A stretch of DNA of 61,493 bases, the filler included, from Sphacelaria rigidula (lineage: Eukaryota): assembly GCA_964200075.2 (NCBI GenBank). It is 8 parts of 8 records of this genome, joined end to end, with 100 filler letters (N's around TTAATTAATTAA, not from the genome) between each part and the next. Parts side by side here need not be neighbours in the genome. Positions count along the whole stretch, not along the records: positions 30,799 to 38,397 come from CAXNAA020014163.1; positions 38,498 to 46,096 come from CAXNAA020014164.1; positions 46,197 to 53,795 come from CAXNAA020014165.1; 5 more parts are not named here. One strand, 5' to 3'. Positions 35,801 through 48,849 of the stretch are shown piece after piece; within the stretch, counting starts at the first letter, position 1; each line of letters begins with the position of its first letter. The notes under the pieces are model-generated. The model was given only the letters and a program-made list of their open reading frames with translations, had not been told where the DNA came from and did no database searches. The position numbers were made by a program, and so were the translations under genes.

Positions 35801-36989
35801 GGCGATCTAAACAACAAGAGTGACAAGATCTACTCCTGCCTCCGCGCGGATTTCATGTCGTTACCCTCTATAATTGTCATCAGAAAGTGTTCTTGATTTC
35901 GGAGTCACTGCAGCATCGTGTATAATCATTCGTTCAAGCCACGCGGCGCACAAAACGCCTTGGGTCGCCGATACTGCCGCGTCAACACCTACCGGCGGCT
36001 TCAGTCCACGCACACATCAACTTTCAGTATCATCAGACGCCTGGTGTACTGTGTTGGGGCGTCTAATCTTCAATAATACCGCCTCCATATTATTGAAATG
36101 GAATAACACTGGACTGTATCACGCGAAACACACGTTGACAGCGCTGGAATGCCTGCAATCCATCCCCGACAACTGCACAAGTGAAAATCGCACTCTGTTG
36201 CATTGCGAGACCAAGTGATGCTGTAATGAAAACGCCGAAATTACACCAAGGTGAAAATTGCCCAATGCTTCAAATCTTCATGTCGTGGCCGCCACGAACC
36301 AATTTTCGATAGCAGAAGGCCAGAATAGCTGCCCTCGTGATGGTCAGTCTGTCGTGATGTCGACTACCCAAACTCTGGTTGTAAGGAGACGTTCGTTGTC
36401 CCCTTCTCGTAAAGGTCCACCGTAGAGCATTTAGTTTGCCCCGACTCAGCTTCACGGCGACATGTAGAGCGAGACGACGGGCGAACGTCGAGGACAGTAA
36501 CCTGATACTTTCTTTGTCCTAGAGGTGAAGGTCCTCATGGGGGGCAGATCATATCTCGCCAATGGAGTTGCGTCCGATGCCAAAGTTAGGAAAAGCTACG
36601 ATATTGATAGGGTGATGCTCATAACAAAAACAAAATCCGACTCAGATTCACTGAGAATTAGGAGGTCAAAACGTGAGAAATTTTTTCATGTCGATGGGCG
36701 ATAACGACTTTGGTGTGGAGCTTACCGGGGTATCGGCGCGGTAGAAGGCAGGAACGCTAGAAAGGGTAGTCAAATATTATCAGAAGGCCTTCACGAAGGC
36801 CTGGGACTATCTAGCATCAAGCCCCAGTGATGGCGACGACGATTGACGAAAATGTTTTTTTGTTTTTTTTCGACACTTTTTCGCCCCTGGACAAGGGGCG
36901 AAATACGACCTTCTTGTGGCTGACTGTTTTTTTTTCGGCAATTCATGCATGCAGGACCGTGCGTGCCATATTATATATATATATGTATA

Positions 36990-37367
36990 TAGGGGTGCCA
37001 ACTAAAAAAACACCGAAGATTTCAAAAACATCACCGCCTACGGCGTCGGACACCGTTCACCATTTTTGGACCGACCCCCCACCAACACCAAGCTGACCAG
37101 GTGTCAGTAAAATAGTGAAAGTCAGATAGCGACCTGCCCAATCACGGCGAGGAAACATTTATCGACCAGACCCGAACGACCAGCGCGGAAATTGTAATAG
37201 AGTTTGATTTCACTGCCAAGATCGTGTGGGGGCCCTGTCCCTGACCCAGATAAAACGCCTTTCCAGGTGTGCAAAGCCTGGATGCTCGGGGAACGATTTC
37301 TCGTTTTACTTGCACTCAGTATAGCGCTCCCGTGATTCCCTGGATGTTTTTTGGGTGGCCAGCCAAT
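36990..37367. mobile_element. Possible old Tc1/mariner-like MITE
   Basis: TAGGGGTGCCAACTAAAAAAACACC vs GGATGTTTTTTGGGTGGCCAGCCAATA as imperfect TIRs, next to a TA run. Confidence 0.3.
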
Positions 37368-40250
37368 ACTAAAAAGTAGTACTTACACCAACACATGACT
37401 AGGAGGAGAAACTAGAGAAAAGTGTACATGCCACAATGTGGTCATTTTCACGAGTCACTAAACTCAGCTGTCGCGTGGAAGGAGAGAAGGAGCTATGGTC
37501 ATGAGTTTCGCCTATATCTCTGCCGATGCCTTGATTCTTCTTTTCTTTGTACCGAAATAAAATGTTTCCAATTTTTTTCATCACCAATGACTCATGAGAG
37601 AAAATAAATAAAATGAAGAGGAAACAAAAGGGACTTCGAACATACGTCATATACGTCGTGTCAAAAATTCATAGCAAACGACTCAAAATTGACCAGCGCA
37701 ACCGCGCTCTGTTGAGAACCGGTTGGTTTGCCTTTGACAACCTCCAGCCGGAACTTTGATGTTTTCTGCAAGCTTTGTTCACACACTGCTCACCGGTTCA
37801 CACACTAGTACCAGACGCCTTGGCGCTCTGGGAGGTCTCGTCTGCGTGCCGTCTCGAGCACGACATGCATTATTTTAGAACCACAGCTTGTGCAGCACCA
37901 TCACTTTGCGGCCGCGGCACAACCGACTGTAACCGAAAATGCGATTTCAGCCGTTTTCTCACCTATTTCCGCCGCACATGGCACTCTCAACTCTCTACAC
38001 TTCGCATCGCAACTGACTACAGTTTGGTATTTCGTTTGATGATAATTTGTCAGATCGCAGTGCTAGGTGCAGTGAAAGACGCGCGTTGATTTGCAGATTA
38101 CCACGATGTTTGATAGTAGGCACAACTCACGATAGATCGTCAGGTAGAACCAGCTAAAGGAAAGTCCGCTTCTTAGGCGGCCCATGCTGTACCCTTCGAA
38201 GAGAAATTGCGGTTTGCAACAAAGAGGGAAATGGCGGCCCACCCCGATCACAGGGGGCTATGTGGCAAGGTGATGGGGACAATAATATAATCCAAACCCA
38301 CGAGCGGCGGGCGGCCCGCCGGTCGCCGCATCCTGTTGAAAGCTCTCTACGGCGACCCATACTGCTTGTTAGATCAGATGTACATTACCTGATGCGCNNN
38401 NNNNNNNNNNNNNNNNNNNNNNNNNNNNNNNNNNNNNNNNNTTAATTAATTAANNNNNNNNNNNNNNNNNNNNNNNNNNNNNNNNNNNNNNNNNNNNTGA
38501 CCACGCATCCCTTTCGAGACGGAGCAGGGGGGGGGGGGGAGGTTATGGGTTCGGATCCTGACATATACGGTCATTTTGAACAGAGTTTGGTTTTCCATCA
38601 TTGAAAGGGTGAGAACGCTGGTCGCAAAGGAGCGTGCAGGGAGAGCCGACCCGGCTTATCGCTGCTGATAAACATGATCCAATCCTACATGATAACGTTT
38701 CGGGTAGGTATCGGGGGAGAGAGGGGTTGATCCCCGGAGACTACGGGCTCGTCCCGAGGAAGAGGAGGGGTTGGCAATGTGATGAAAAAAACAAGGTGTA
38801 ACCCAACAAATCCGGATTTGGTCGCCCTGTTGTGCTAATCTTCGTATAGGTATGTCAATCTCATGAGGCGTCACCGGATTCGTGAGGCACTCGGAAGCGA
38901 GCGGGAGGCTTTACTCAGTCGATTAACGGAGCACATGGTGAGCGAAATCTATGCAGAACGAGAAATATCATGGGGCGAGTCTGTGGTGGGATACACAAGT
39001 TTGAGGGTGAAGGGTTGGGTTTGTGTTGGGTTTGTAGCGTTTGCTGTGCGACCAGGGTGAAGAGTTCACGCGAACATTTCCCGGGTCAACTGATGAGTGG
39101 ACACAATACAAGCAATATGTATTGTATAGAGATAGACTTTGAGTGCACGTGCGTGATGCCCGGACAGCTCCCCCCAGAAAAATGCGTGGTTTGAGGAACT
39201 AAACTTCACGTAAACATAAATGACAGAAGCCAAGCACATCCGAGCAGCGGGGAGCTCGCATGCCTGGGATCTTGTCGCCAGTTTCGCCCATGTACAAGGC
39301 TTATCAAAGTCTGCAATAGTATATATATAATATTTCGAACTCACGAGCGTCAAGCATGCTTTGTAACGAAGCGTCCACGAGATTTATTGCTGAGTTTAGT
39401 GTGCAAGTTCCTCCGCACCCGCCCCGGGAGAGGGCTGTTCGGGCCAATGCCAATGCTAGGGGTCCGGTTAGCGAATTTGTGCTTTACTTTGTGCGGGGGT
39501 ACACATGCGTTCGCGACCGTTCGAACGGACGCGTGATCGCGGTGGTCCTGCAATGTTTCCGGCGGGCATGAACATCATTTCGAGAGAGGATCTATCCTCA
39601 CGAGGGCTGAGGGCTTGGCAAGGCAAGGATACCGAGACCCTCGAAAAAGACGGACGGGACCGGGGCGCAGCCTCGGGTCCCGTGCGGCTTGTAGCTATCA
39701 TGCGCTGTATGGTCACTTTCTTTGTGACGTTTTCGGGGCTGGTTCGGGGGGAGGGTTATCGCGGCATGTCTCACGTAATTACCCTGCGACAGATTCGAGG
39801 TGGGGTTTAGTGTTCGCCTTCGGGGATGTGGCCTACACACGCCCAGCATCAAGTGTCATAGTTTCCACGGTTCGGACAAATCATCGCCGGTTCGAATCAC
39901 CAAATCCACAATTCTTAGGCCTGATTGATCGAAAGAGAGAAAAAAAGGTCGATCGCTGGTCGAACAGGTCTCCACGCAACTTTTGCGCCGTTCCACGTGC
40001 CCGGGCGTCGCGTTCCTGGGTTGTAACGCTGAAAACAAAGCCGAGGGATTGATTCGTACCGTACGAATCAATTGCACTAAACTCGAGTAATTTCCGGACG
40101 AATCATTGATTCGTCCAACCCTTGATAGTTTTTCAGCTTCCGCATTTTTGAGCACAAGTAAAGGTGAGGGTTATAGAGGTTGCGGTGGATTTTTGAGTCA
40201 GGTTAATGACAGGGGTCAAGAATGGTTCAGGATGACGGAAAACACATCAG

Positions 40251-40469
40251 AGAGTTTCGAAAAACACTTTCTTGTCATTTCAGAGTGCAAATATTTCAGG
40301 ATCAGAGTGTAACGGAAAATTGTTTGTCCATCCGTCAAATGTGGTATCCCCTTGAATTTGTTTTGGATGAGGTGTTCTTTTTTGTTGGCACTCTGACCCT
40401 GAGATATCTGCACTCTGACCCTGAGATATCTGCACTCTGAAATAACAAAAATACGTTTATCGAAACTCT
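40251..40469. mobile_element. ~220-bp MITE with ~60-bp TIRs and TCAGAGTG subrepeats
   Basis: AGAGTTTCGAAAAAC..TTTCAGAGTGCAAATATTTCAGGATCAGAGTG vs CACTCTGACCCTGAGATATCTGCACTCTGAAAT..GTTTATCGAAACTCT; the right arm has a 22-bp tandem duplication. Confidence 0.8.
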
Positions 40470-41536
40470 TTATCGTTGTCTGTGGGTTTGAATACAGAGG
40501 AACGGGGTGAGTTTAGGACAGTGCGCTAGGGCTACATGGGGTGCGTTTTCAACCGACGTTATACATGAAGACGAATTGCTGCCGGCGAACTCTAACAATT
40601 TCGGGCTTTGAGGTTTGCCGTCGACATCGCGCGGGCAACAGCGCAAAAGTAGTATATCTACTGAAGACATGTACTGTTACAGACTCCACAACATACTAAG
40701 AAGTATTTTTACGAGAGTAAATCCTCTCCGTAGCGACACGTTGCCTTACTATGTGTCGCGAAAAATAATGTTTAGCACAGCGGCGGTAGTTGTGGCAAAT
40801 GCAGTCTTGTGTCACGTTCATGGAGGGCTAGTCCCACGGTAGCGTTTGCACAAAAACCCTCTCAAGCTTGAATTCTCACGAGCCCTTTCTCTCATCCAAG
40901 AAACTACTCATGAAATACGCGAGAGTACGCCACGACTAGAATTCCATTAGGATAAGGGTATCTCGAGTAATACTGAAAACGGGAGTTTTCTGAACCATAA
41001 TCTTGTGTAGCCCCGAACGCCAGGAGCTCCTCGGTTGGAAATATCTGGGCCCAACTATGCAACCCCTCCCGCGGCATGACTCGGAATCGTTGCCAGGCGG
41101 AGCTGGAAGCTGCGTTTGATGAGCAGGATCTATCCCCTGGAATGTACGCCTCGTCTGGAGGTGGAAACGTCGTCGACAACTTGCCCTCGGGGCGAAATCT
41201 CTCTCCAAGGGTGAGAGCTTAAGACAAGATAATCATCGCAGCAGCTTTTGTTGCACCGCGGTAGTTGTAATATACCTGAGAATCGGCCGATGTCTGAGTG
41301 AACGTCGTAAAAAGGATGACCACTGTTCTTGACTCTGGTATTGGTTGGTTGATCGATTATCTCACGTTGGCTGATTGCAACAATCCAGCCCGTGGTCAGG
41401 GATGGTCAGGAGCAACAAAAAGGAGCAGGGTAAGACAAGAAGGTAAGGGACGGGAAAAAAGACAGAATCAACAGCCACAGGAAGGAAAGAAGAGAGAGAA
41501 CAACAACAAACACACATACACACACACAAACGCGCG

Positions 41537-41600
<64 letters not shown>

Positions 41601-43165
41601 TGATGTACGTGCGTAGATGGTTGAGTCCGCTCTTCTCGGCGTTCGTTTTTGGACCTAGTTCGCCCCTACTCGATTACGGATCACGTCGATGGATATTTAG
41701 AACAAAGTGTAGTCCGAAAAGGACGAGACACATCCTTTGAATAATATCGAGATATTATATCTGTACGCCTCGTTTGGAGTTAGGAAAGTCCGCTGATGGC
41801 CTGCCCATCGCGAGGTTAACGCTCTCCCCAAAGGTAATCTTCACAATACCTATTAACAACGAAAGAAGGGTAGCTGTTTCGCCGGTTATATCTCCCGCAG
41901 CGTGTGGTTGTGGCCTGCGGTGAAAAAACTCTAAAAGCTGGGTGCTGTTCGAGGCGTTCGGCACACGGCAAACATTAGAATTTCTCAATGATATTTGATT
42001 CCAATAGGAATAACAAACAAAAGACCCCGTTGCTGAGGATGTACTTGACCAAGAGAAATCAAAAGGTAGCAACCGTTTGTGTTCCATGCAGCGGTAGCCG
42101 CCGGAGCGTAGCGTACGTCCCGGTTCTAAGATAACAAACTTTGACCGTCGAGGGAATCCGAATTTTTCAGTCGAGTTGGCATTTTGTCGCTGACGCTAGA
42201 TTCCGAAGGGGGCGACGCACTAAACAAAGTACCAAGAGTTTGAGCCTAGCAATCTCTCTGAGATTCCAACTCAATCTAGAAATTGAGGAGGAATCAAGCG
42301 GATGGATATGGCTCGGGGAGTGCGAAAATTCCGACATCTTTTCACCAGACCTTACCTGGATGTGTCCTGTGGCCCGTTTCCGTTTGGCAAGACCAGCGGG
42401 CACTGTACTGTACAACATGATTCCTCGTGCGTTTCGGTCAGGGTACGCACGAATACGGCCTTTAAAAATCATATGTCGGCATACAGCGTTCCGTGATAGT
42501 AGAGCAAAAGGATCGACACCGTCTCTTTCCCCAGGTATTACAAACCTCAATTGTGTTACGCTATCGCCGTTTGTTTTCGCATACAACGCACCGTTCAGGA
42601 ACCACACAATTCGGATCCGTTAAACTCATTCCTCCACCAGATCTGACCCGGAGGGCATACCGAAATTTCTTGACACAAACAATGCCTTTGAATGTGCAAA
42701 ATGCTCCGGGGGGTCATTATTCTCCTTGCGAAAAATCAGCCTCGTTATCTGTTCGATATTTCACCAATAACGGCGTTATTGTAATATCTTCCACGCACAG
42801 CATCACTCCCGCCTCTTCAATCTTCACCGTACCACCGTCGTCTAGGTCCGAGGCGTGGTGTACTGTCGACAGCTGTTTGCCCGCGTTAGCGCTACAGGAG
42901 ACGCGGCAGCGGCGCTCCTATCTGATCTCTCTGGGTACAGGTATTATTCTCTGATGTATGTCAGATCTCGATTGCCGCACTTCAAGTGATTCACCGGGGA
43001 TCCAGCCGTGGTCACATAATAGACTTACCCCTGAGGTATAGCCGGTGAATGTCAACTTGTCAGTCCCTACAGTGCCACTACCTTCGAACTGTTTCAGCGG
43101 GCGCATTTTACCGGTTCTGCCGCGGTTGCCAACACGGCCTTGCGTTATCGTGCAGCCTCGTTTGG
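40470..43165 (-). pseudogene. Decayed intronless reading frames, unknown products
   Basis: Protein-like minus-strand stretches with scattered stops (..DLDDGGTVKIEEAGVMLCVEDITITPLLVKYRTDNEADF..; ..SWAQIFPTEELLAFGATQDYGSENSRFQYYSRYPYPNGILVVAYSRVF..), interrupted by a retroposon tail and microsatellite at ~41340-41600. Confidence 0.35.
41509..41598. repeat. Compound (CA)n-(CG)n-(CA)n microsatellite
   Basis: Direct reading: CA repeats, then ~7 CG units, then ~26 CA units. Confidence 0.97.
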
Positions 43166-43169
43166 GACG

Positions 43170-43730
43170 TAGATATCCCAGATGGAGTCCACCTGGGGTA
43201 TCCAGTTGGGATGTTATTATGTCCAGTCGAGATATTTGTGTCCAGTTGGGATATTATGTCCAGTTGGGATATTGTGTCCAGTTGGGATATTTTGTCCAGT
43301 TGGAATATCACATCGAGATGGGATATCATATCCCGTTGGGATATATTCACATTCAGTTGGGATATCATATCCATCTTGGATGTGGATATTCCTCTGGGAC
43401 ATCTATCTGAGAGGTGGGTGTCCATCGGGGATATTTGCATCCATCCAGGACATGGACGTCCCGGATAGATCACCCTAATAGACATCCCAGATGGAAATAC
43501 CATGTGCATATATAAAATCCCAGATGCATGTCCATATTCCAGATGTATATCCATATCCAAGATCGATACCCATATTTCAAACTGATGTTCATGTCTCGAA
43601 CGGACAGCCCAGATGGACATTGATATTTCAGATGAACACCTGATGGATGGGATATCCCAGGTGGCCCTCCTAGGTGGGTATGATGTTTCTGGTGAGAGTT
43701 TCACGATGTGGTAGTAATCACCATTCCAGA
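43170..43730. repeat. Minisatellite-rich insertion (18-bp TCCAGTTGGGATATTATG units and CCAGATG variants)
   Basis: Regular 18-bp repeats at ~43200-43385 and degenerate (c)ccagatg motifs to ~43730. It generates spurious repetitive ORFs on both strands. Confidence 0.85.
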
Positions 43731-44640
43731 TGTGTTTGTTCGTGGTATTGTTGGAAGTCTACGAGTTCATACTTTTTTATCCCCCAGCGGTAGATGTAAA
43801 GCGATACGACGTTGAGGTTCGCATTATACGCTGTGGTATACCACAGACCATCCGCCTAAATGAAGCAGACCTGCATATCGGTGAGCACGCTGCATTGCGT
43901 CCGGAGAGGCGTTTGCAACAGCTTCGATTTATGGTATAGTGCTTTTTGGAAAGCCGAAGTGACGTTCAGAGGATGGACGCCATTTTCGGAGGGTGAAGCA
44001 GATGAAGTCCAACATGAAAATGTACGCCTTGAAAACCAGCAGCCAAGAGAGAATCATACGTGCTTGAGAAATATTTTTCGAGTGCTACAGAACATGGACA
44101 AAAAGGTTCCGAGATTAGGATTTGTTTTCACGACGTGCCTTGCGGAGTATATCGTCACCCCTTATTGCATTTCCTTTTAAGGACCAGACACAGAAATGCA
44201 TGGGCACGCATCCCTCATCCCTCGTGGTGCTGAGTAGATGTTCAAGATGCCCCATCAAAATAAGTGCGTGTGGCGACGACTCTACTACACCGAGTGTGTA
44301 CACGATGGTTGAAGGAGGATGAAGAGCCGAACATTGAATGGATCATGCTCCAGGCGTCGAGTGTAAGTAAGAGCTGGGCTAGCCAAACATTCGCATTGGA
44401 GGTTGAACAGCTTTGCCCTGCTAATTTTCAGGAGTTGAAAGCTGAAATTCTGCGAGACGCGAACGGAAGCGGAAGCAGCCAAGGAAAAAAATATAACAGA
44501 AAGTTGGAGCGATGTGAAACTGTCGACAAAAAAAGAAGAAGTCATAACTCGATGAAAGATGAAAAAACTCCGGCTGCGTCCACGAACAATGTTTTACTTG
44601 CGTGTAGAAGGCCCTTGTGGAAATCGGCTCGGAAATCGTA
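43730..44640 (+). pseudogene. Decayed intronless ORF (~300 codons), unknown product
   Basis: A single frame runs from ..VDVKRYDVEVRIIRCG.. through ..YVLEKYFSSATEHG.. to ..RWLKEDEEPNIEWIMLQASS..FQELKAEIL.. with several internal stops. Confidence 0.4.
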
Positions 44641-44680
44641 ACGTTGGGCAGGACGTTCCACTTTCTGTGTGACATCGCTG

Positions 44681-45074
44681 AACCCCATTATCTAGCTGGT
44701 ACAGGAGACTGTAACAAGGGCGGAGGGTCACGAGTTCGAAGCCCGACATATTCCTTTTTATTTTAGCAGAGTCTGTTTGCGTCGTTGAGGTCACATATCA
44801 TGCAGTTTCATTATTTTTTATTTTTTGAGCTGAAGAGCGTTCCTGTTTCTTTCCCTTCCTTTTCTTGACTTTTCGTAGTCTATCCTGTTTGTCTGTCCTA
44901 CCATTTTTGTTTTTCTTCACTTTTCTTCAGCTAGTGTTTTAGTTTTGTTTTGTGTCGGGTACGTCTATCATGTGGATAATTACCAAACCACGGCTGGATC
45001 ATAACTCCTGGGGGATGAGGTCAAGTGCGACAACCAACCAATCAAACAATCAATCAAACAATCGATCGATCAAT
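44681..45074 (+). mobile_element. Composite tRNA-derived SINE with (CAAT)n tail (tail family B)
   Basis: A-box-like TATCTAGCTGGT, B box GAGTTCGAAGC, a T-rich body, conserved TACGTCTATC..ACCACGGCTGGAT, then CAAC/CAAT repeats. The tail recurs on the minus strand near 26670-26755, 34575-34660, 41340-41405, 48590-48680, 50763-50840 and 51652-51730. Confidence 0.65.
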
Positions 45075-46886
45075 GAGGGCGTGTCATCAGCAGGTTGATC
45101 TGCACTCCACAGCAATATGCTCACGTCAGGCTGGTTCGGGAAGCTGACAGGTCATCATGTGCCGAAGAAATGCACGCATCCGCTATGCATGGCAGATGCA
45201 CGATCTCGACACTTTCGTTGCCCACGGTAGAAGCAGCAAACACCCATGACAAGAAAAGAGCTCACACACGAAATGTCCTCCTCTCGCTCTCTCGTGAACT
45301 CACCTTTCATGCTCTCATTGCTTCCCATCGAGCTGGCGTGGCCAAGCAACATCTTTCGGAGCAGCCGGATGGACCCCTACACCGTCTTTTTTGCACAGCA
45401 CAACGCGTAGCAACAACGCAACTAAAACTGAAGAAGAAATTCACCACTTTGACAAAGGCCCCCTCCCTTCCCCCTGCCACCCCCATTGTCGTTTCTCCGC
45501 AGGGCGTTCGAAGAAATATCGGGTGAACTGATCAGGAAAACCCGACGTCGAGAGGCTTCACTTTTCGAGGAGTGGCAGGTACCGCACGGGAGTCGGTATG
45601 ACGTGTGGATGTGTTGAAAAGCACACTGAATGAATATTCTAGCGCCGCGAGAGCGGTCGCCTGATTGGGAGTGAGCAATGCTACGGTAGGGTTTGCAGTG
45701 TTTTGATTCTGGGGCTCTCCTTCTTGTAGGAGCACAAATATATGGGGCTTACTGTGCAACCCTAATCCTTGGGGGCACCGGACTCCCAGAAACATGGTGT
45801 TTGCACGCAGGGGACTTGTGAATTGGCATCATTTTCAGTCTCCTTCGAGGAAAATGATGCCGATTCACAAAATGGCCCCTCCAACATCCGAAGCAGCCCC
45901 GAGAACTCTTTTAGCTGAAAAAGTTCAACCCCTACCGTAGCATCGCTCAAGTGATCTTCATCTTAGTGGAGTTGAAGTCGGTGCAGGACCCACGCTGGTA
46001 CGCTAGGAGAGGGCTAAGATCCTCCCCCTCCCCGTCCCTAATACGAGTAGGAACGGTGCTCCGTCTCGAAAGGGATGCGTGGTCAATGGTCAAACGNNNN
46101 NNNNNNNNNNNNNNNNNNNNNNNNNNNNNNNNNNNNNNNNTTAATTAATTAANNNNNNNNNNNNNNNNNNNNNNNNNNNNNNNNNNNNNNNNNNNNGCCA
46201 TTCACGCCTTGAGTCATGAAGAAGGGTTGACTGCGTGGATTACATCACGCCTTGAGTCATGAAGAATGGTTGACTGCGTGGATTACAACTGATGTACGAA
46301 CCGCATGATTTTTCATTGAGATGATGACTCTGAGTTGACTCACGAGTTGATTTGTCGTAACCGTGTAACAGTGTCCGAGAAGTCAAAGTGTTACCTCCAC
46401 CTTCCCGCTACACCGCGTGCTCGGTGTTCATCGCTATCGGGAGCTGATACGGAAATAGTGGCCAAATGAGCTATTAATAGCTCATGATCCGGATCAGTAT
46501 TCAAATAACAAGTAATATCCAGATAGCTCATGAGCTGTCCGACGCGCGAAACTCTAGGTTGAAATCTAGCCTGTACGCGATGGCATATCGAGCGCCCAAC
46601 AGGTGCAACTACGACGCAAGACATATAGTATGTTCACGTCGCTGCCATCGCGGCTGTTATCTGACTTGCTGTGCTGCTGCTCATATATTTTTGACGCTAG
46701 GTGTTGTGTGCGACCTTCGCATTTGCGTCTGTGAGTGTTCGTGACTTGTGTCAGCAACGAATGCCAACGGTGCTTGGAGCATTACACCACATCAGGGATA
46801 TTGATTGGAGCATGAACATGATGCTCGAAGAATGGTTAGGATTATGACATATAGTGTGTACATACGATCTTGAATGCCGTTGTTAC

Positions 46887-47453
46887 AAGATCGTTGACCT
46901 CGCATCCCTACGAAGCCGGGACGGAGCACGCCGGGGTTCGCCAAACCAGGTTCGCAATCACCAAGCGCGAAGCGCCGTGATGCGTGCAGCGAGTCGCATG
47001 AAGGGTGGATTTGCACCTTGCGAAGATTGCTCGGCCGGAAGCGTACCGGTTATCTTGCATATGGATGACAGCCTACATTGAGTTGCTTTATTTCTGGTAT
47101 CGCCACTCCCAGAGACAGCCCCGGGCTAAACATTACCTCATGGGTGTCTCACCACAATGTCATGTAGGGAGGGAAGTAAATTATCCAACTGGAAATGAAA
47201 ACAGCCGATTATCAAGCTTTGCGAGTTGACTTAAATCGATCAATTAAACTGGTGTCCAGTGTTTTACCTCTACATTCCTCTGTTCTGCTTTTGAAACGTT
47301 ACACCACACCACCTTGTTTCCCAAGGCCACGAATTTTAAGGTTTCAAATTCGGTGAAGTGACTGCTTCTCCCTCGTCCCCTGCTCGGCCTAGTCGGGCAA
47401 AAACCTCGTGTGCTCCGCCCCCGCTTTGTGTGGAGACGAGGTCAACGATCATA
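46887..47453. mobile_element. Old TIR element (~565 bp)
   Basis: GATCGTTGACCTCGCATCCCTACGAAGCCGGGACGGAGCAC is the inverted match of GTGCTCCGCCCCCGCTTTGTGTGGAGACGAGGTCAACGATC. Confidence 0.6.
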
Positions 47454-48849
47454 TGACTATGGCGTGCACGACCATGAGAATACAGCCTCCCCTGCCCCCC
47501 CGGTAAATCAGTACTGATGCTCATTTCATGGAGGTCTCCGTACGTATAGCGCCGACTTCCGCACAGACCACGAGTGAATTGCACTTTGGACGGACGAAAG
47601 TTCTTGTTGGGGGGTGATGAAGATCATGTTGGGATCCTAGGGTGCTTCCACGACACATTGAGATGAGATGTATACTAGGACGTACCGGGCGGGTCAATCG
47701 CCGGTAATCATGAAACGACTGTTCTTGTATTACCACGGGCGTGACAAAAAGGAACAGAAAACCTGCCCGAACGTTCTCCGATTTAACCCGACATTTCATT
47801 AGCGGCCTCAGCATGCGAGGGTTTGGCGTCGTCGATGCATGTGGGTACAAGTGGTACGCTAACGTTTTGCATGTTGCATACCTTGGCTACTTTCGCCATA
47901 TTTGCCACGCGCCCTGGAGGGAGCAAGGTATTGCGGTCATTGGCACGATTTTCTAATGATCATGCGCTCCCTCTTCCTCATATATCGGCGGGCGAGGGGC
48001 GAAAGGAAGGAACATAATCGATTTTACTGAACCAGCTTACTGATGCTCGTGGAAGAAACGAGTATCCATCGCACGCTGTTTGTTGTTTTTCTTCCACAGT
48101 TTTAGCTCCTCTCATTCCTCGGAACACATCCCCCGGTACTCGCCTCACCCTTGCTGTCGCAGATAGAGCCAGCACTCCCGCATAGCGCCGACTCCCATAA
48201 AAAAATATTGTTTGCCACTCACTTTCCCCCAGTTTCAATGGCGGAATTCAGATATGTTTTTGGAACTCGACCCAGGGGGATCTGTCGGGCATCAAACTAC
48301 TATCCTCTCAAGCTGATGGCTTCAGGTGTACCAGTAGTCCAGCGAGGCGAGGCTGTCAGTAGAGGCAGATATCTGGGCTACAGACATCTGAAACATGCAC
48401 AGACCTGCCTGTTACCACTATTACACCCTGGAGGTCGTAGTAGGCTATGCTTTACGTAATACAGTTTCCTCTAGTACAAGTGTTGACGATATCATGTCCA
48501 GGCTGTGAACTAATCCCGAACGCACACCTCAAGAACAAAATCTGGAAAGCGCAGTCGTAATCTCATAAACACACTGCGATACAGACATCGGTTCGTTGAT
48601 TGATTGATTGATTGATTTGTCGCGCACTGAGTGATCCCCTACGAATGCAGCCGTGGTGACGAGATAGACGTACAGTACTCCGGGGGTGGAACGGACGGAA
48701 ACAGCGGCGAACGGGAAGTGAAGTCCATAAAACGGGAGCGATGAAGAAGATAGAGAGATTACACAGAGTAAGTGAGCCACCCTACAATGGGGGGGATGGC
48801 GTACTGATTTGTTGCTTGCCTTAGTCGTTTGACCATTGACCACGCATCC

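Noticed and set aside
36560-36846. hAT dimerisation-domain-like remnant
   Set aside because: It needs several frameshifts to resemble the motif, which is too weak to call.
43045-43704. Repeat-protein genes on both strands
   Set aside because: These ORFs are by-products of a stop-poor 18-bp minisatellite.
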